A stretch of DNA of 36,099 nucleotides from IMG/VR virus record IMGVR_UViG_3300017643_000016. One strand, given 5' to 3'. Shown here one piece after another: positions 1 through 10,053 of the stretch. Position 1 is the stretch's first letter; the number at the start of each line of letters is the position of its first letter. A program made the translations under genes and the position numbers. A model generated the notes under the pieces. It did not search any database, had not been told where the DNA came from, and was given only the letters and a program-made list of their open reading frames with translations. The stretch is from a virus.

Positions 1-128
<128 letters not shown>

Positions 129-145
129 TCGTTATCCTAAATCCT

Positions 146-385
146 ATGGCGACGCGATTTATTATAATCGGAAATAACGAAAATGCGGAAGCGATTTCTC
201 TCACAGAAAAAGAAATCGCAACCATGAAATATCTTATTGAGGGGGATAGCCATGGGGAAATTGCCATGAAGCTTGGAATAAGCGAGAGGATGGTATCTTT
301 GCGGATTATGAATATAAAAAAGAAAACAGGAGCTCGAAGCGCCATTGAGGCGGCCGCTAAATTGATAAAGCTCGGATTGGTGTGA
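146..385 (+). CDS. LuxR/GerE-family HTH transcriptional regulator (79 aa, HTH domain only)
   Basis: LTEKEIATMKYLIEGDSHGEIAMKLGISERMVSLRIMNIKKKTGARS fits the LuxR C-terminal HTH pattern. The ATG at 146 is preferred over 125, which overlaps the tRNA fragment. A terminator follows. Confidence 0.75.
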   Translation: MATRFIIIGNNENAEAISLTEKEIATMKYLIEGDSHGEIAMKLGISERMVSLRIMNIKKKTGARSAIEAAAKLIKLGLV

Positions 386-420
386 CTTCCTGTTTTGGTA
401 GATTGATTGAAATGAAAAAA

Positions 421-463
421 AGATTTACTTTTGTAGTAGAGACAAAGTAAATCTTTTATTATT
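421..463 (+). terminator. Rho-independent terminator after the LuxR-type gene
   Basis: AGATTTACTTTTGT (421..434) pairs with ACAAAGTAAATCT (442..454) with one bulge. It is followed by TTTATTATT. Confidence 0.7.
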
Positions 464-475
464 GGTGAGGTGAAT

Positions 476-892
476 ATGGTTTCCTTATTGGTGATCTTGC
501 TGGTGACGTTGTTCGTCTCGTTTCTGATCGAGACTCTGGTGGAGTATCTGTTCGCTCCATTCTTTGATCATTTCGAGAAGATGACGAAATATAAATGGAT
601 GCAGATGTATATCGCGTTTGCGGTCGGTATTGCTGCTGCATTCATTTACCGTCTCGATTTGATCTATATTCTCAGTGCGTTCTGGGCGCAGGCTTCTCCG
701 GCTGCCAATGTCGCTTTATGGCCGGTAACTACTTTTGGTATGATCATCACTGGCGCGGCGATTGGTAGGGGATCAAACTATTTGCATGATATTTTCCAGA
801 CCTTCTTTCTAAAATCGAATCCAACAGAAGCTTTATCTGGCTCAGGAGATATTACTCAACCATCTGCTTCTTCTGAAGATAAGGTCGGGTAA
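476..892 (+). CDS. Membrane protein with three hydrophobic segments, holin-like
   Basis: Hydrophobic stretches are VSLLVILLVTLFVSFLI, MYIAFAVGIAAAFIY and TTFGMIITGAAIG. A GAGG RBS lies 5 nt before the ATG at 476 (the ORF track starts at GTG 470). Confidence 0.4.
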   Translation: MVSLLVILLVTLFVSFLIETLVEYLFAPFFDHFEKMTKYKWMQMYIAFAVGIAAAFIYRLDLIYILSAFWAQASPAANVALWPVTTFGMIITGAAIGRGSNYLHDIFQTFFLKSNPTEALSGSGDITQPSASSEDKVG

Positions 893-894
893 TC

Positions 895-1143
895 GTGACT
901 TCTGCCACACAACACACTCCTCCCTGCATTCCTCTTCAAGAAATGCAGGCGTTTGTAAACGGCAATGGAAAGCCAGGCGCTAAAACGCGTCTGGCTCTTT
1001 TGGAAGATAGCCTAGGTGACATGAAGAAATCTATCGACCGAATGGTTGGGTGGGTGATTGGTGCCATGATCACATTGATCACTGGTGCTGTTCTGTGGAT
1101 TTTCACCTATCTAATTCCCAATGCGCTCAAGGTGATCCGCTGA
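895..1143 (+). CDS. Small protein with a C-terminal transmembrane helix (possible holin partner)
   Basis: GTG start. The C-terminal segment WVIGAMITLITGAVLWIFTYLI is hydrophobic. Its stop overlaps the start of the next gene. Confidence 0.4.
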   Translation: MTSATQHTPPCIPLQEMQAFVNGNGKPGAKTRLALLEDSLGDMKKSIDRMVGWVIGAMITLITGAVLWIFTYLIPNALKVIR

Positions 1144-1499
1144 TGCCAAAGCGTCCATTGCGCCCATGCTCATATCCTGGCTGCCATGCTTTAGTTAGTA
1201 CTGGCAGCCGATGTGAGATTCATGCCAACTCAGACGATGCTCTGCGAGGATCATCCACTAAAAGAGGATATGGATACAAATGGCGCAAAGTTCGCGAAAG
1301 ATTTCTTCATGATAATCCTTGGTGTTGTGATCCATTTGGTGATCATCATGGTCAACAAATTATAGCAACTCAAGTTGATCATATTATTCCAAGAGCAATA
1401 GGCGGACTTGATGGTGTAGATAACCTTGAAAGTTTATGCGCCCATTGTCATTCAAAGAAAACCGCAAAAGAAGATGGCGGCTTTGGAAATGAGAGATAG
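1143..1499 (+). CDS. HNH endonuclease (packaging-associated type)
   Basis: It has a DHIIPRAIGG...N...CAHCHSKKT HNH motif and an N-terminal CxxxxC..C zinc knuckle. It sits directly upstream of the terminase genes. Confidence 0.85.
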   Translation: MPKRPLRPCSYPGCHALVSTGSRCEIHANSDDALRGSSTKRGYGYKWRKVRERFLHDNPWCCDPFGDHHGQQIIATQVDHIIPRAIGGLDGVDNLESLCAHCHSKKTAKEDGGFGNER

Positions 1500-1592
1500 G
1501 GAGGGGCTATGAAAAAGTTTTCACCCTTCAAAAGTAAACCGTGCGTAGGTTTTCCGCGCGAAAATTTCCCCGATCAAAACTGATAAAAATGG

Positions 1593-2033
1593 ATGCCAAC
1601 AAAATCTGTAAGCACTGCGGTAATGAAATCGGGCGGCGGAAAGCACTGGACGAGCACAGAAATAGAAGCGCGTCAGAAAGCGCAAGCAAAGGTTACCCGA
1701 GAAAAGAAGAAAACAATCAATGCTCCCGCATCGCTGTCGAAAGAAGCAAAAGCCGTATGGTTCAGGATACTCAAATCCGTGGAAGGGCTGGAACTCTTCG
1801 ACAACATGGATACGGAACTTTTGGAAAGTTATTGCAACGTTGTTGTAAAGAAAAAAGAACTGGAAAATAGATCGATGCTATCGGTAGAGGACACGAAAGC
1901 ATATCAGGCTTACATAAGGCTGCAAAAGTCCCTGGCCGACTCACTTGGGCTATCCCCAGCAGCACGAGCGCGTTTGATTAAAAAAGCTGCTGATAAAGAA
2001 TTAGAAGATCAGTTTGGTAAGGAATTTGATTGA
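1593..2033 (+). CDS. terS: Terminase small subunit (P27-family-like)
   Basis: AKAVWFRILKSVEGLELFDNMDTELLESYC ... LGLSPAARARL is the typical P27-family TerS pattern. The stop overlaps the TerL start. Confidence 0.75.
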   Translation: MPTKSVSTAVMKSGGGKHWTSTEIEARQKAQAKVTREKKKTINAPASLSKEAKAVWFRILKSVEGLELFDNMDTELLESYCNVVVKKKELENRSMLSVEDTKAYQAYIRLQKSLADSLGLSPAARARLIKKAADKELEDQFGKEFD

Positions 2034-3781
2034 TGGGCGCAAGAAAATATCATCCAACCACACAATATGCTAGAGAGGTCATCAGAGGCCAAAGAATCGT
2101 TGGTCATTCTGAATGGCTGGCTTGCAAGCGTCATCTGGATGATCTGAAGCGCCAGGGAACAGAAGAATTTCCGTGGATATTTGACGAAAAGAAAGCAAAC
2201 CGTGTTTTTGATTTCTTCAAATATCTTCGTCATATTGAGGGGCCCCTGGCGAATACCCCGATCGAACTGGAAGATTTTCAGAAATTCGATCTTGGCTGCA
2301 TTTATGGCTGGGTGCATAAAGATACCGGGCTGCGCCGATTCGTCAAAGCTTCCATTTTCGAGGCCCGTAAAAATGGTAAATCGACAGAAGTGTCTGGCAT
2401 GGCATTGTATGCAATGGCCGGAGATGGGGAAGAAAGCCCACAGGTCTATACTGCGGCTGTGGATAAGGGCCAGGCGAAAATTGTCTACAACTACGCAAAA
2501 CGCATGGCCCAAAAAAGCCAGGCTTTATGCAAACGCCTGAAAATCAACATCGGCATGATCACGCACAAAGAGCGCGGTGGTGTGCTCATGCCGTTTTCAA
2601 AAGATACGCAAAATAAAGATGGTTTCAACCCGTCTTTTGCAAGCCTTGATGAATACCATGCACATAAGACTTCAGATATCTATGATGTAATCTGGTCTGC
2701 ATTTGGTCAGCGTGCTCAAGCCCTTTTTGTGATTATTACAACGGCCGGGTTCAACGCTGGAAAAAGCCCATGCTGGAATGAATACGATTACTGTAAATCG
2801 GTGATCGAAGGGAAATTCAAGAACGAACGCTACTTTATCATGATCCGTGAGCTGGATAAGGGAGACGACGTTCATGATCCTAAAAACTGGATCAAAGCGA
2901 ACCCCTTGAAATGTCTCTCTGAAGAGGGGAAGCGGTTCTTACAGGAACAGCATGATGAAGCCTATTCTTCTAAAAATCCGACGAAAATCCGTAATTTCCT
3001 GACAAAAAACCTTAACCAATGGGTTTATGGAAAGAAAGAGAATTTCATGGGTGAAATCATGGAAAAGTGGGACTCGTTGTGCATTCTCCCGGATGGAAGC
3101 GCATCCGAAAAAAGAGAAAAATTCAGCGATCTTACCCGAAACATGACCTGCACGTTTGGCCTTGATCTTTCAAAATCTATCGACCTTACCGCTGATTGCT
3201 TCGTGTTTTCTCTTCCGGATGGAAGAATTGCCGTCAGTGCTACCGGGTTCATGCCAGAAGCAGCGATTGCCACCCATGAAAAAGAAGACAAGATCGATTA
3301 CCAAGGGTTTGCCGCAGATGGATGGCTCAGGATTACCGATGGAGAAGTAACCGATTATCACGAAATCGAAGATCATTTGCATGAATGTGAAAATAATTTT
3401 GGTTGGAGTGTGCTTGAAGTCGATTATGACCCCTATAATGCCACACATTTTGCCACAGAACTGGCACGAGAAGATTACACCATCGTGCAGATCAGGCAGG
3501 GAGTACAAACTCTAAGTGAACCAACGAAGAAATTTCGGGATCTGGTTGCGAGCGAGAAACTCGTTCATGACGGAAGCCCGTTATTGAAAATGTGCGTTGG
3601 GAATGCCACTACGAGGACCGATACCAATGGGAATATCAAACTTGCCAAGCCGGAAGATAACAGTACTGAACGTATCGATCTTCTTGCTGCCATCATCAAC
3701 GCAATGTCAGCCATCCCACGGCTTGAAGAAGCCAATGTCAACCTCATAGGTCATTTTACAGAAGACGGTTGGGGTATGTAA
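2030..3781 (+). CDS. terL: Terminase large subunit
   Basis: 583 aa with a Walker A-like ARKNGKST and conserved LDEYH and nuclease-half motifs. Its position is between TerS and the portal. Confidence 0.9.
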   Translation: MMGARKYHPTTQYAREVIRGQRIVGHSEWLACKRHLDDLKRQGTEEFPWIFDEKKANRVFDFFKYLRHIEGPLANTPIELEDFQKFDLGCIYGWVHKDTGLRRFVKASIFEARKNGKSTEVSGMALYAMAGDGEESPQVYTAAVDKGQAKIVYNYAKRMAQKSQALCKRLKINIGMITHKERGGVLMPFSKDTQNKDGFNPSFASLDEYHAHKTSDIYDVIWSAFGQRAQALFVIITTAGFNAGKSPCWNEYDYCKSVIEGKFKNERYFIMIRELDKGDDVHDPKNWIKANPLKCLSEEGKRFLQEQHDEAYSSKNPTKIRNFLTKNLNQWVYGKKENFMGEIMEKWDSLCILPDGSASEKREKFSDLTRNMTCTFGLDLSKSIDLTADCFVFSLPDGRIAVSATGFMPEAAIATHEKEDKIDYQGFAADGWLRITDGEVTDYHEIEDHLHECENNFGWSVLEVDYDPYNATHFATELAREDYTIVQIRQGVQTLSEPTKKFRDLVASEKLVHDGSPLLKMCVGNATTRTDTNGNIKLAKPEDNSTERIDLLAAIINAMSAIPRLEEANVNLIGHFTEDGWGM

Positions 3782-3951
3782 TGAAAAACTTGACCAAGAA
3801 AAACTTTTATTTGATCCTGCAAATTGCCGGAGTTTCCGGAATGATCATTACCACCGCCTTCTTGAATTTCTATATTGCATGTTACCTGGCAAGTTTTCTT
3901 TCTCTTGTGGCCGGTATTTACATTGAGGTCCTGAACGGGAAGAAAGGATAG
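3781..3951 (+). CDS. Small two-helix membrane protein (56 aa)
   Basis: FYLILQIAGVSGMIITTAFLNFYIACYLASFLSLVAGIYI is hydrophobic. The start forms a TAATG overlap with the TerL stop. Confidence 0.45.
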   Translation: MKNLTKKNFYLILQIAGVSGMIITTAFLNFYIACYLASFLSLVAGIYIEVLNGKKG

Positions 3952-3956
3952 AACTC

Positions 3957-5225
3957 ATGGGATTAGGAAAAGTGATTCAAAACTTACAGAGCATGATCAC
4001 TGCCCCCGTTGTACCCGAGCAAAACGGGAGTATCTATGATTATGGATTTTTACAAACTCGTTCCGGGAGGCGGATCACCCCAGAGTTGACGAAATCCATT
4101 GCAACAGCCTACCGATGCAGCAATATCATCTCTGATGACGTTGCGAGTATTCCGTTTCAAATGTTCGAGCGGATCAATGATCAAATTTCGCGGATTTATC
4201 CAGATCCCGTTACCAAAAACATTCCTTATTTGATCGAAGTGCAGCCCAACCGGTGGATGGTGCCATTTATCTTCAGAAAGACACTAAAACAATGGCTTAT
4301 GTTCTACGGAGACGCCTATACGTGGTATCCACCCATGATGAACGAAATCTTTATCCTCGAATCTGATCGGGTAAAGAGCCATTTCGATGAAAAGGGAAAC
4401 CTGTGGTGGATTTATACCCCACTCAATGGCAATACGCGAGTGATCCCGGATTTCGAAATCAAACACGAAATGATCAACAGCGTGAATGGCATCAACGGAA
4501 GGTCAATCATCAGCTATGCCAGGGAGACGATCCTTCGGCAACTAGCCATGCACGAAACGCAAACCAGCATTGCCACAAAAGGGCTGAACCCGGCCGGGAT
4601 AATCAAACTGATTGGTGAACTGAAACAAACCGAGAAGGAAACCGCCGCTGACGCAAGAAAGAGAATAAAAACAGAATTTCTTGATGCAATCTCAACTACA
4701 AGGGATGCCGGCGGCGTTGCCATTTTCGACAAGACCATTGAGTCTTTTACCCCAATCACAATGAAACCTGTGGATGCACAGTTTTTAGAGACAATGCAAT
4801 TCACGGATGTTGAAATTGCCAACTTCTTCTCAATGCCATTATGGAAAGTCAATCAAGGAAAAGAAAGTTACGAAAGCAACATTGCCCAACAACTTGATTA
4901 TCTGCAAACCACATTGAACCCCTATCTCATTCAGGAAGAGCAGGAATCTCGAAGAAAATGGATCCCTGAAAAAGATCAAAGCTCAGTTTATTTCCGCGCC
5001 GTTCGAGAATCCATTTTGAGAATGGACCCAAAATCACGGGCAGAATATATAAAAGTAAAGATCGCCAGCGGAACTTTGACGCCAAACGAAGGACGCCAAA
5101 TCGATGATATGAGCAGCTATCCAGAAGGAAATGGCTATTATTTCCCGTCGAATATGGCGAAAATCGGCGAAAACGGGAATCTTGTTTCCATCGCTGGAAA
5201 TAAAAAACAAGGAGCGAAAAAATGA
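3957..5225 (+). CDS. Portal protein (HK97-family-like)
   Basis: 422 aa, positioned after TerL. The central and C-terminal portal-like region includes FFSMPLWKV and LDYLQTTLNPYL. Confidence 0.85.
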   Translation: MGLGKVIQNLQSMITAPVVPEQNGSIYDYGFLQTRSGRRITPELTKSIATAYRCSNIISDDVASIPFQMFERINDQISRIYPDPVTKNIPYLIEVQPNRWMVPFIFRKTLKQWLMFYGDAYTWYPPMMNEIFILESDRVKSHFDEKGNLWWIYTPLNGNTRVIPDFEIKHEMINSVNGINGRSIISYARETILRQLAMHETQTSIATKGLNPAGIIKLIGELKQTEKETAADARKRIKTEFLDAISTTRDAGGVAIFDKTIESFTPITMKPVDAQFLETMQFTDVEIANFFSMPLWKVNQGKESYESNIAQQLDYLQTTLNPYLIQEEQESRRKWIPEKDQSSVYFRAVRESILRMDPKSRAEYIKVKIASGTLTPNEGRQIDDMSSYPEGNGYYFPSNMAKIGENGNLVSIAGNKKQGAKK

Positions 5226-6073
5226 ATAAAGTGCCTTTACGGGTAATCAAGGGAAACGCGAGGCCATTCGAGCCATTCTGGAACTTCGTCGATGCCGCAA
5301 GTTCAGAAAGCGGAGAAGTCGAACTCGAGTTTTTTGGGCCGATCTCGGAATATTCCTGGTCAGAAGATGGGATCTCTCCACAGCGGCTCAGCGATGACCT
5401 GAAAGAAAAAGGCGCAGGACGCCCCATTCGTCTCAAGATCAATTCTCCTGGGGGAGAAGCTTTTGCCGCTCAAGCAATTCGCTCAATTTTGCGTGATTAT
5501 ACGGGCAAGGTCACGGCTGACATCATCGGTTTGGCTGCCAGTGCCGCAACCATTGTGGTAACTGGGGCGGATTTCATCGAAATGAGGCAAGGCGCCATGT
5601 TCATGGTGCATGACCCATGGACCTGTATTTGCGGAAGCGCGGAAGAAATGCGGAAGAACGCTGACGTTCTCGATTCGATCAAGGAATCCATTCTGGCAAT
5701 CTATCAAAAACGGACTCAAAAAAGCCATGATGAATTATCCAAAATGATGACTGACGAGACCTGGCTTACCGCAGATCAGGCAAAAGAAGCCGGATTTGTC
5801 GACGTTGTGACCGATGGGTATAAAAGTCAGGCGAGAAATTCAATCCCAAAGAATTCGCGGGTTGGTTTTTTGAACTGTTTGAGAGGATACCAGCATTTGC
5901 CGGATGAAATCAAAAATGAATATCTGGCTAATGATCAAGACCCTATTACAGAGAATGAAGCAGGGAAAAAAGATTCGAATGTGCCGGTGGAAAAGCCTTC
6001 CAGTGGGCCAGAACCGGTTGCAAACGCGCTTGAGGTAAAACGCCTCGGCGATTTTCTGGAAGTTTTTGGATAG
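5222..6073 (+). CDS. ClpP-like (S14) prohead maturation protease
   Basis: INSPGGEAFAAQAIRSIL ... GLAASAATIVV ... MVHDPW is a serine-protease ClpP-type pattern. It lies between the portal and the capsid gene. Confidence 0.85.
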   Translation: MNKVPLRVIKGNARPFEPFWNFVDAASSESGEVELEFFGPISEYSWSEDGISPQRLSDDLKEKGAGRPIRLKINSPGGEAFAAQAIRSILRDYTGKVTADIIGLAASAATIVVTGADFIEMRQGAMFMVHDPWTCICGSAEEMRKNADVLDSIKESILAIYQKRTQKSHDELSKMMTDETWLTADQAKEAGFVDVVTDGYKSQARNSIPKNSRVGFLNCLRGYQHLPDEIKNEYLANDQDPITENEAGKKDSNVPVEKPSSGPEPVANALEVKRLGDFLEVFG

Positions 6074-6084
6074 GAGGATAACGA

Positions 6085-6453
6085 ATGTATGATCTGCTGA
6101 AGAAAGTCTATGATGACCTTAAAAAGGCCATGGAAGAAAAGCAGGCGGTCCTTGAAGAAATGACCGCTGCCTACAACGATGGCACGGATGAAGGGAAGAA
6201 TAAGGCCCTGGCTTTGCGCGAAAAACTGGATGAAAAGCAAAAAGCCGTTGATGAGCTGAACTCGACCTATTTGTCTTTGCTGAAAGCCGAGAAACCGGGC
6301 GGCGATGAGATTCAAGACCTTATCCCTGCCCCGGGCGCCGAAGCATCCGGCGAAGGCAAGAACGAGAAATCGATGACCCGCGAGGCTTACGATTCTCTTG
6401 ATGCCGGCGAAAAAATGAAGTTCGTCAAATCAGGTGGAAAGATCACCGAGTAG
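6085..6453 (+). CDS. Coiled-coil, charged protein; scaffold-like by position
   Basis: 122 aa, rich in K, E and L, sitting between the protease and the major capsid gene. Confidence 0.45.
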   Translation: MYDLLKKVYDDLKKAMEEKQAVLEEMTAAYNDGTDEGKNKALALREKLDEKQKAVDELNSTYLSLLKAEKPGGDEIQDLIPAPGAEASGEGKNEKSMTREAYDSLDAGEKMKFVKSGGKITE

Positions 6454-6485
6454 CGAACGTCAAATTTATTGGTATGGAGGAATAA

Positions 6486-7637
6486 ATGTCGAATACTCTT
6501 ACTGGTTTGATCCCAACCATCATGCTTGCCCTGGATACCGTTTCTCGCGAGCAAGTTGGATTTATTGGGGCTGTGCTGCGTGATGCTTCGGCAGAAAGAG
6601 CCGCCCTTGGTCAAGTAATCACCTGGCCAGTTGTCGATGCCGGCGGAGATCCAGCCGATATCGCACCGGCTGCCACAGGGCCAAACCCAGCTGATATGAG
6701 CGTGGATGCCCCACAGGCAACGATCAGCAAAGCCAAAAGCAAAACTTTCTACCTCACCGGTGAAGAAGGCAAAGGTCTCTCGCAGACTTCTGCGTTTGAC
6801 ACAGTTGTGAAGAATTCATTTGCGCAGGCGTTCCGTGCGCTTGTTAATCAGATCGAAGCCGATCTGGCCACTACCGCTATCCAAAACGCTTCGCGCGCAT
6901 ATGGAACCGCAGGTACCACGCCATTTGCAACTGCAGGTGATCTGACCGATCTGACAGAAACAAAACGTATTCTGAAGGATAACGGTGCACCAATTACTGA
7001 CCTTCAGCTCGTGCTGAACTCTGCGTCAGCCTCGAAATTAGGAGGCAAGCAGAGCAACCTTTTCAAGGTGAACGAAGCCGGGAACGATCTTTTGCTGCGT
7101 GAAGGCGTGATCGGTCAGCTCGAAGGGTTTATGACCCACGAGTCCAGCCAGCTTGGACTGCACACCAAAGGTACTGGTGCCAATTATGTGACCAGCGGCG
7201 CCACAGCCGTCGGCGTGGAAGACATTGCACTGGTTACCGGTACAGGAACCGTTCTGCCCGGCGATGTGGTGACCTTTGCGGCAGACGCAAACAACAAATA
7301 CGTAATCAACACCGGCGTAACTGAGCCCGGAACCATTTCACTCGGTAAACCAGGCGCGCGCGCGGCAATCGCCACCGGGAATGCCATGACCATCGGCAAC
7401 AGTTATACCCCGAACGTCGCGTTCGACAGAAGCGCTCTCATGCTGCTTACCCGGGTCCCAGCAGCGCCAAAACAAGGCGATTCGGCAATCGACGCCATGA
7501 TCGTACAAGACCCAGTAACCGGTCTGTCTTTCGAAATCCGCGTTTATGCCCAGTATCATCGCGTTGCTTTCGAAGTTGGAATCGCCTGGGGTTATAAAGC
7601 AGTCAAATCAGAGCACATTGCTCTGCTGCTTGGTTAG
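6486..7637 (+). CDS. Major capsid protein
   Basis: 383 aa with a strong GGAGG RBS, positioned after the protease and scaffold-like genes. Composition is rich in A, G and T, as in HK97-fold coat proteins. Confidence 0.75.
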   Translation: MSNTLTGLIPTIMLALDTVSREQVGFIGAVLRDASAERAALGQVITWPVVDAGGDPADIAPAATGPNPADMSVDAPQATISKAKSKTFYLTGEEGKGLSQTSAFDTVVKNSFAQAFRALVNQIEADLATTAIQNASRAYGTAGTTPFATAGDLTDLTETKRILKDNGAPITDLQLVLNSASASKLGGKQSNLFKVNEAGNDLLLREGVIGQLEGFMTHESSQLGLHTKGTGANYVTSGATAVGVEDIALVTGTGTVLPGDVVTFAADANNKYVINTGVTEPGTISLGKPGARAAIATGNAMTIGNSYTPNVAFDRSALMLLTRVPAAPKQGDSAIDAMIVQDPVTGLSFEIRVYAQYHRVAFEVGIAWGYKAVKSEHIALLLG

Positions 7638-7647
7638 GAGGTGATCT

Positions 7648-7845
7648 ATGAGCAATAACGTAGAATTTCTCACCGTCAAAAAGAACAACGAAGTTTTGCA
7701 AATCCATCCAACCACCCTGGAAGCGCACAAGCGCGCCGGGTGGGTGCAGACCGATGAAGAAGTAAAGTCTGAAAAGCCAAAGGCCGAAAAAACATCGAAG
7801 AAAGCACCCGAAGAACCGGTCAATCCGGCGGATGGGAAAAGCTAA
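7648..7845 (+). CDS. Small lysine-rich hypothetical protein (65 aa)
   Basis: GGAGG RBS. It lies just after the capsid gene. Confidence 0.5.
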   Translation: MSNNVEFLTVKKNNEVLQIHPTTLEAHKRAGWVQTDEEVKSEKPKAEKTSKKAPEEPVNPADGKS

Positions 7846-7865
7846 GCCAATCTGGTAATCGAATG

Positions 7866-7899
7866 CTTCTCCCGCCGGCAGGAATGTCGACGGGAGAAG
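7866..7899 (+). other. Stem-loop between the capsid block and the next gene
   Basis: CTTCTCCCG (7866..7874) pairs perfectly with CGGGAGAAG (7891..7899). No T-tract follows, and the RBS and ATG of the next gene come immediately after. Confidence 0.4.
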
Positions 7900-7911
7900 A
7901 GGAGAAATAAA

Positions 7912-8931
7912 ATGACCTTCAAAAGCGCTCAACTTTTTGCAACGATGGATCAGGTATTACATGATCTAACGAACGACGAAAACAACAGCCCAACCGGATT
8001 GTCTGACCGGCTGAGAGAAGCAAGCGCGTCTTTGCAGGGGAAAATCGGTTCTTTTATCCCGGTTGTTGAGATAAGGTCATTTCGAATCGATCAGCACGTT
8101 CATTTCGGAGACTGGGTATCCATCAACCCGTTGCTGACTGTATCTTCTGTAAAAATCAATGACGTGGAAAGTTCAGAATATTCTCTCGAACCGAGAAACC
8201 GAAAATGGATCAACGGGCCATATACAGGTATTTCTTTTGAAAATACATGTCTATGGCCGGGTGATATCATCAAAATCTCTGGGGAATGGGGACTATATGA
8301 TGCTGAAATCGAAACTGAATTCAGCATCACTCTCGATAACACTCTGAAAACGTTTTCTCTATCCAATGGAGGATATTTCAGCCCGGGAATGGTTTTGCAT
8401 ATCGATGATGAACAAATGCTGATCGTCAGCGGGAACGGTTCAAATGGGAGCCCGGCCCCGATAGATTCAGAAGCTAATTTGAGCGTCGACATCGAGAGCA
8501 ACATGATCGAACAGATCATTGACGTCAGCGATGGGACTAAATTCAGCGAAAATGAGGTAATCAGAATCGGGAGCGAAAACATGCTCGTCGAAAAGATCAG
8601 CGGGAATGAGCTGACCGTAAGACGAGGATGGAATTTGAGCATCATTTCTGAACACAGCGCCGACGATGATATTTATGTCTATCGAAGCTACCAGGTCGAG
8701 CGCGGTGTAAACGGCACCGAGGCAGGTTCTCATGATGACGCTGCGATCACAGTTTATGTTGTGCCGGAAGATGTGAACTGGTTATGCCGGCAGATCACTG
8801 CCTTGATGATCAAAAAGGCCAGCTCTGGATTTACCGGAATCGTCGGAAATTCTGAAATTGGTCAAAATACTTACCTTTCTGAATTCCCTCCCAGCCAGAT
8901 CGAGTTCGTACGCAGTAATTACAGGTGGTAA
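7912..8931 (+). CDS. Hypothetical virion-module protein (339 aa)
   Basis: Long ORF with an RBS, syntenic between the head and neck genes. Confidence 0.55.
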   Translation: MTFKSAQLFATMDQVLHDLTNDENNSPTGLSDRLREASASLQGKIGSFIPVVEIRSFRIDQHVHFGDWVSINPLLTVSSVKINDVESSEYSLEPRNRKWINGPYTGISFENTCLWPGDIIKISGEWGLYDAEIETEFSITLDNTLKTFSLSNGGYFSPGMVLHIDDEQMLIVSGNGSNGSPAPIDSEANLSVDIESNMIEQIIDVSDGTKFSENEVIRIGSENMLVEKISGNELTVRRGWNLSIISEHSADDDIYVYRSYQVERGVNGTEAGSHDDAAITVYVVPEDVNWLCRQITALMIKKASSGFTGIVGNSEIGQNTYLSEFPPSQIEFVRSNYRW

Positions 8932-9567
8932 ATGTCTGATCAGGAACCAATCATCAAAATCGAAGGACTGCAGGAGGTAATCAACCAGCTTGATTTCCTC
9001 GATTCTCTGCGGATCAACGATCTTTACCTCAAACCTGCGATGAAAAGCCTTTCGGGTGACATAAAAAAGGCTGAGCAAGGACACATCCCGGTATTTTCTG
9101 GAAAAACGGCAAAATCTTTGAGCGGAAAGGTAAGCGAGAACGGTGTAGGAGCGGTTACCCTGACGCTGGGGCCAAAAACGAGCGGAAAGAATGCGCGGGC
9201 TTACATCTTCCGATTCATTGGGGGAGGCGCGCTTTGGTCAGGGCGGTCCAGTTCGGTAACAACATGGCGCGGGAAAGAAAAAAATCGCAATATGCGAGCG
9301 AAAAAAGCAATCAGCGAAGGAAGAAAAGCGAATTCGTCTTTTCTGCCGGCGATCTATCTGGTGGAATGGGTGAAGAAAAAGCTGCATGCAAGTGACGATG
9401 ACGCGCTGCAAACGGCGTTTCGAGTAGCAAAAACCATTGGGTCGCGGGGACTGCCAGCAAAACCAATCGTCCCGCCGACGGTGCAGGAAGTCAGGAGCAT
9501 GGTGATCAGCCGGATCAACCAGGCGGTCGAGAAAATGGTTCAGGAGCTGCCCACACATGGCAAATAA
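8932..9567 (+). CDS. Hypothetical head-tail joining/neck protein (211 aa)
   Basis: Start is coupled to the previous stop (TAAATG). The call rests on position only. Confidence 0.45.
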   Translation: MSDQEPIIKIEGLQEVINQLDFLDSLRINDLYLKPAMKSLSGDIKKAEQGHIPVFSGKTAKSLSGKVSENGVGAVTLTLGPKTSGKNARAYIFRFIGGGALWSGRSSSVTTWRGKEKNRNMRAKKAISEGRKANSSFLPAIYLVEWVKKKLHASDDDALQTAFRVAKTIGSRGLPAKPIVPPTVQEVRSMVISRINQAVEKMVQELPTHGK

Positions 9568-10033
9568 TCTTCTGTTCGGACCAGAAGTTTGGGGTAAGGA
9601 GATCGTCAAACTATGGGCGGGAATCAAGGACGCCAAGAAAACAAGTGTGGCATCGTATGGATTCGAGACGATCCCGGATGCAATCTTGCGGACCCCGACG
9701 GCAATCTCTTTCATTGCAGACGCAATGGATGCCAATTACAACCAGGCCGGCCAAAATCAGGCTACCTGGCGGGGGTGGACGGAGTTCTACCTTTCGAGCG
9801 GGCTAAACCGGTCGGGGCTGGCCTATGTCAACCAGTTCTACCGCTTGATCGTGGTACAGGCATCACAAAAGTTCTATCTCACTCCGACTGCTGTTTTCTA
9901 TTTGCAGTCGACGAAGACCATCGAACTGGATATTCTCAGCTTCACCGGTAAAGATGAAGATCAATGCTATGGAGTAAGGGCTTACTGGCAGGTTGATGAA
10001 TCACTGGCTGACAAGATCAGCTTCAAATTATAG
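9557..10033 (+). CDS. Hypothetical neck/tail-completion protein (158 aa)
   Basis: Overlaps the upstream gene by 11 nt. The call rests on position only. Confidence 0.45.
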   Translation: MANNLLFGPEVWGKEIVKLWAGIKDAKKTSVASYGFETIPDAILRTPTAISFIADAMDANYNQAGQNQATWRGWTEFYLSSGLNRSGLAYVNQFYRLIVVQASQKFYLTPTAVFYLQSTKTIELDILSFTGKDEDQCYGVRAYWQVDESLADKISFKL

Positions 10034-10053
10034 GTATCAATTGGAGGAAAAAA

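Noticed and set aside
390-402. 13-nt motif CTGTTTTGGTAGA, repeated at 22598..22610, and TTTATTGGTA upstream of the capsid and tape-measure genes
   Set aside because: Roughly ten chance 13-mer pairs are expected in 36 kb, so this is not significant on its own. No spacing or repeat pattern resembles a CRISPR array or iterons.
1541-1870. 109-aa ORF overlapping the TerS start region
   Set aside because: It is in an alternative frame of the well-supported P27-type TerS gene, has an Arg/Lys-rich composition and lacks an RBS.
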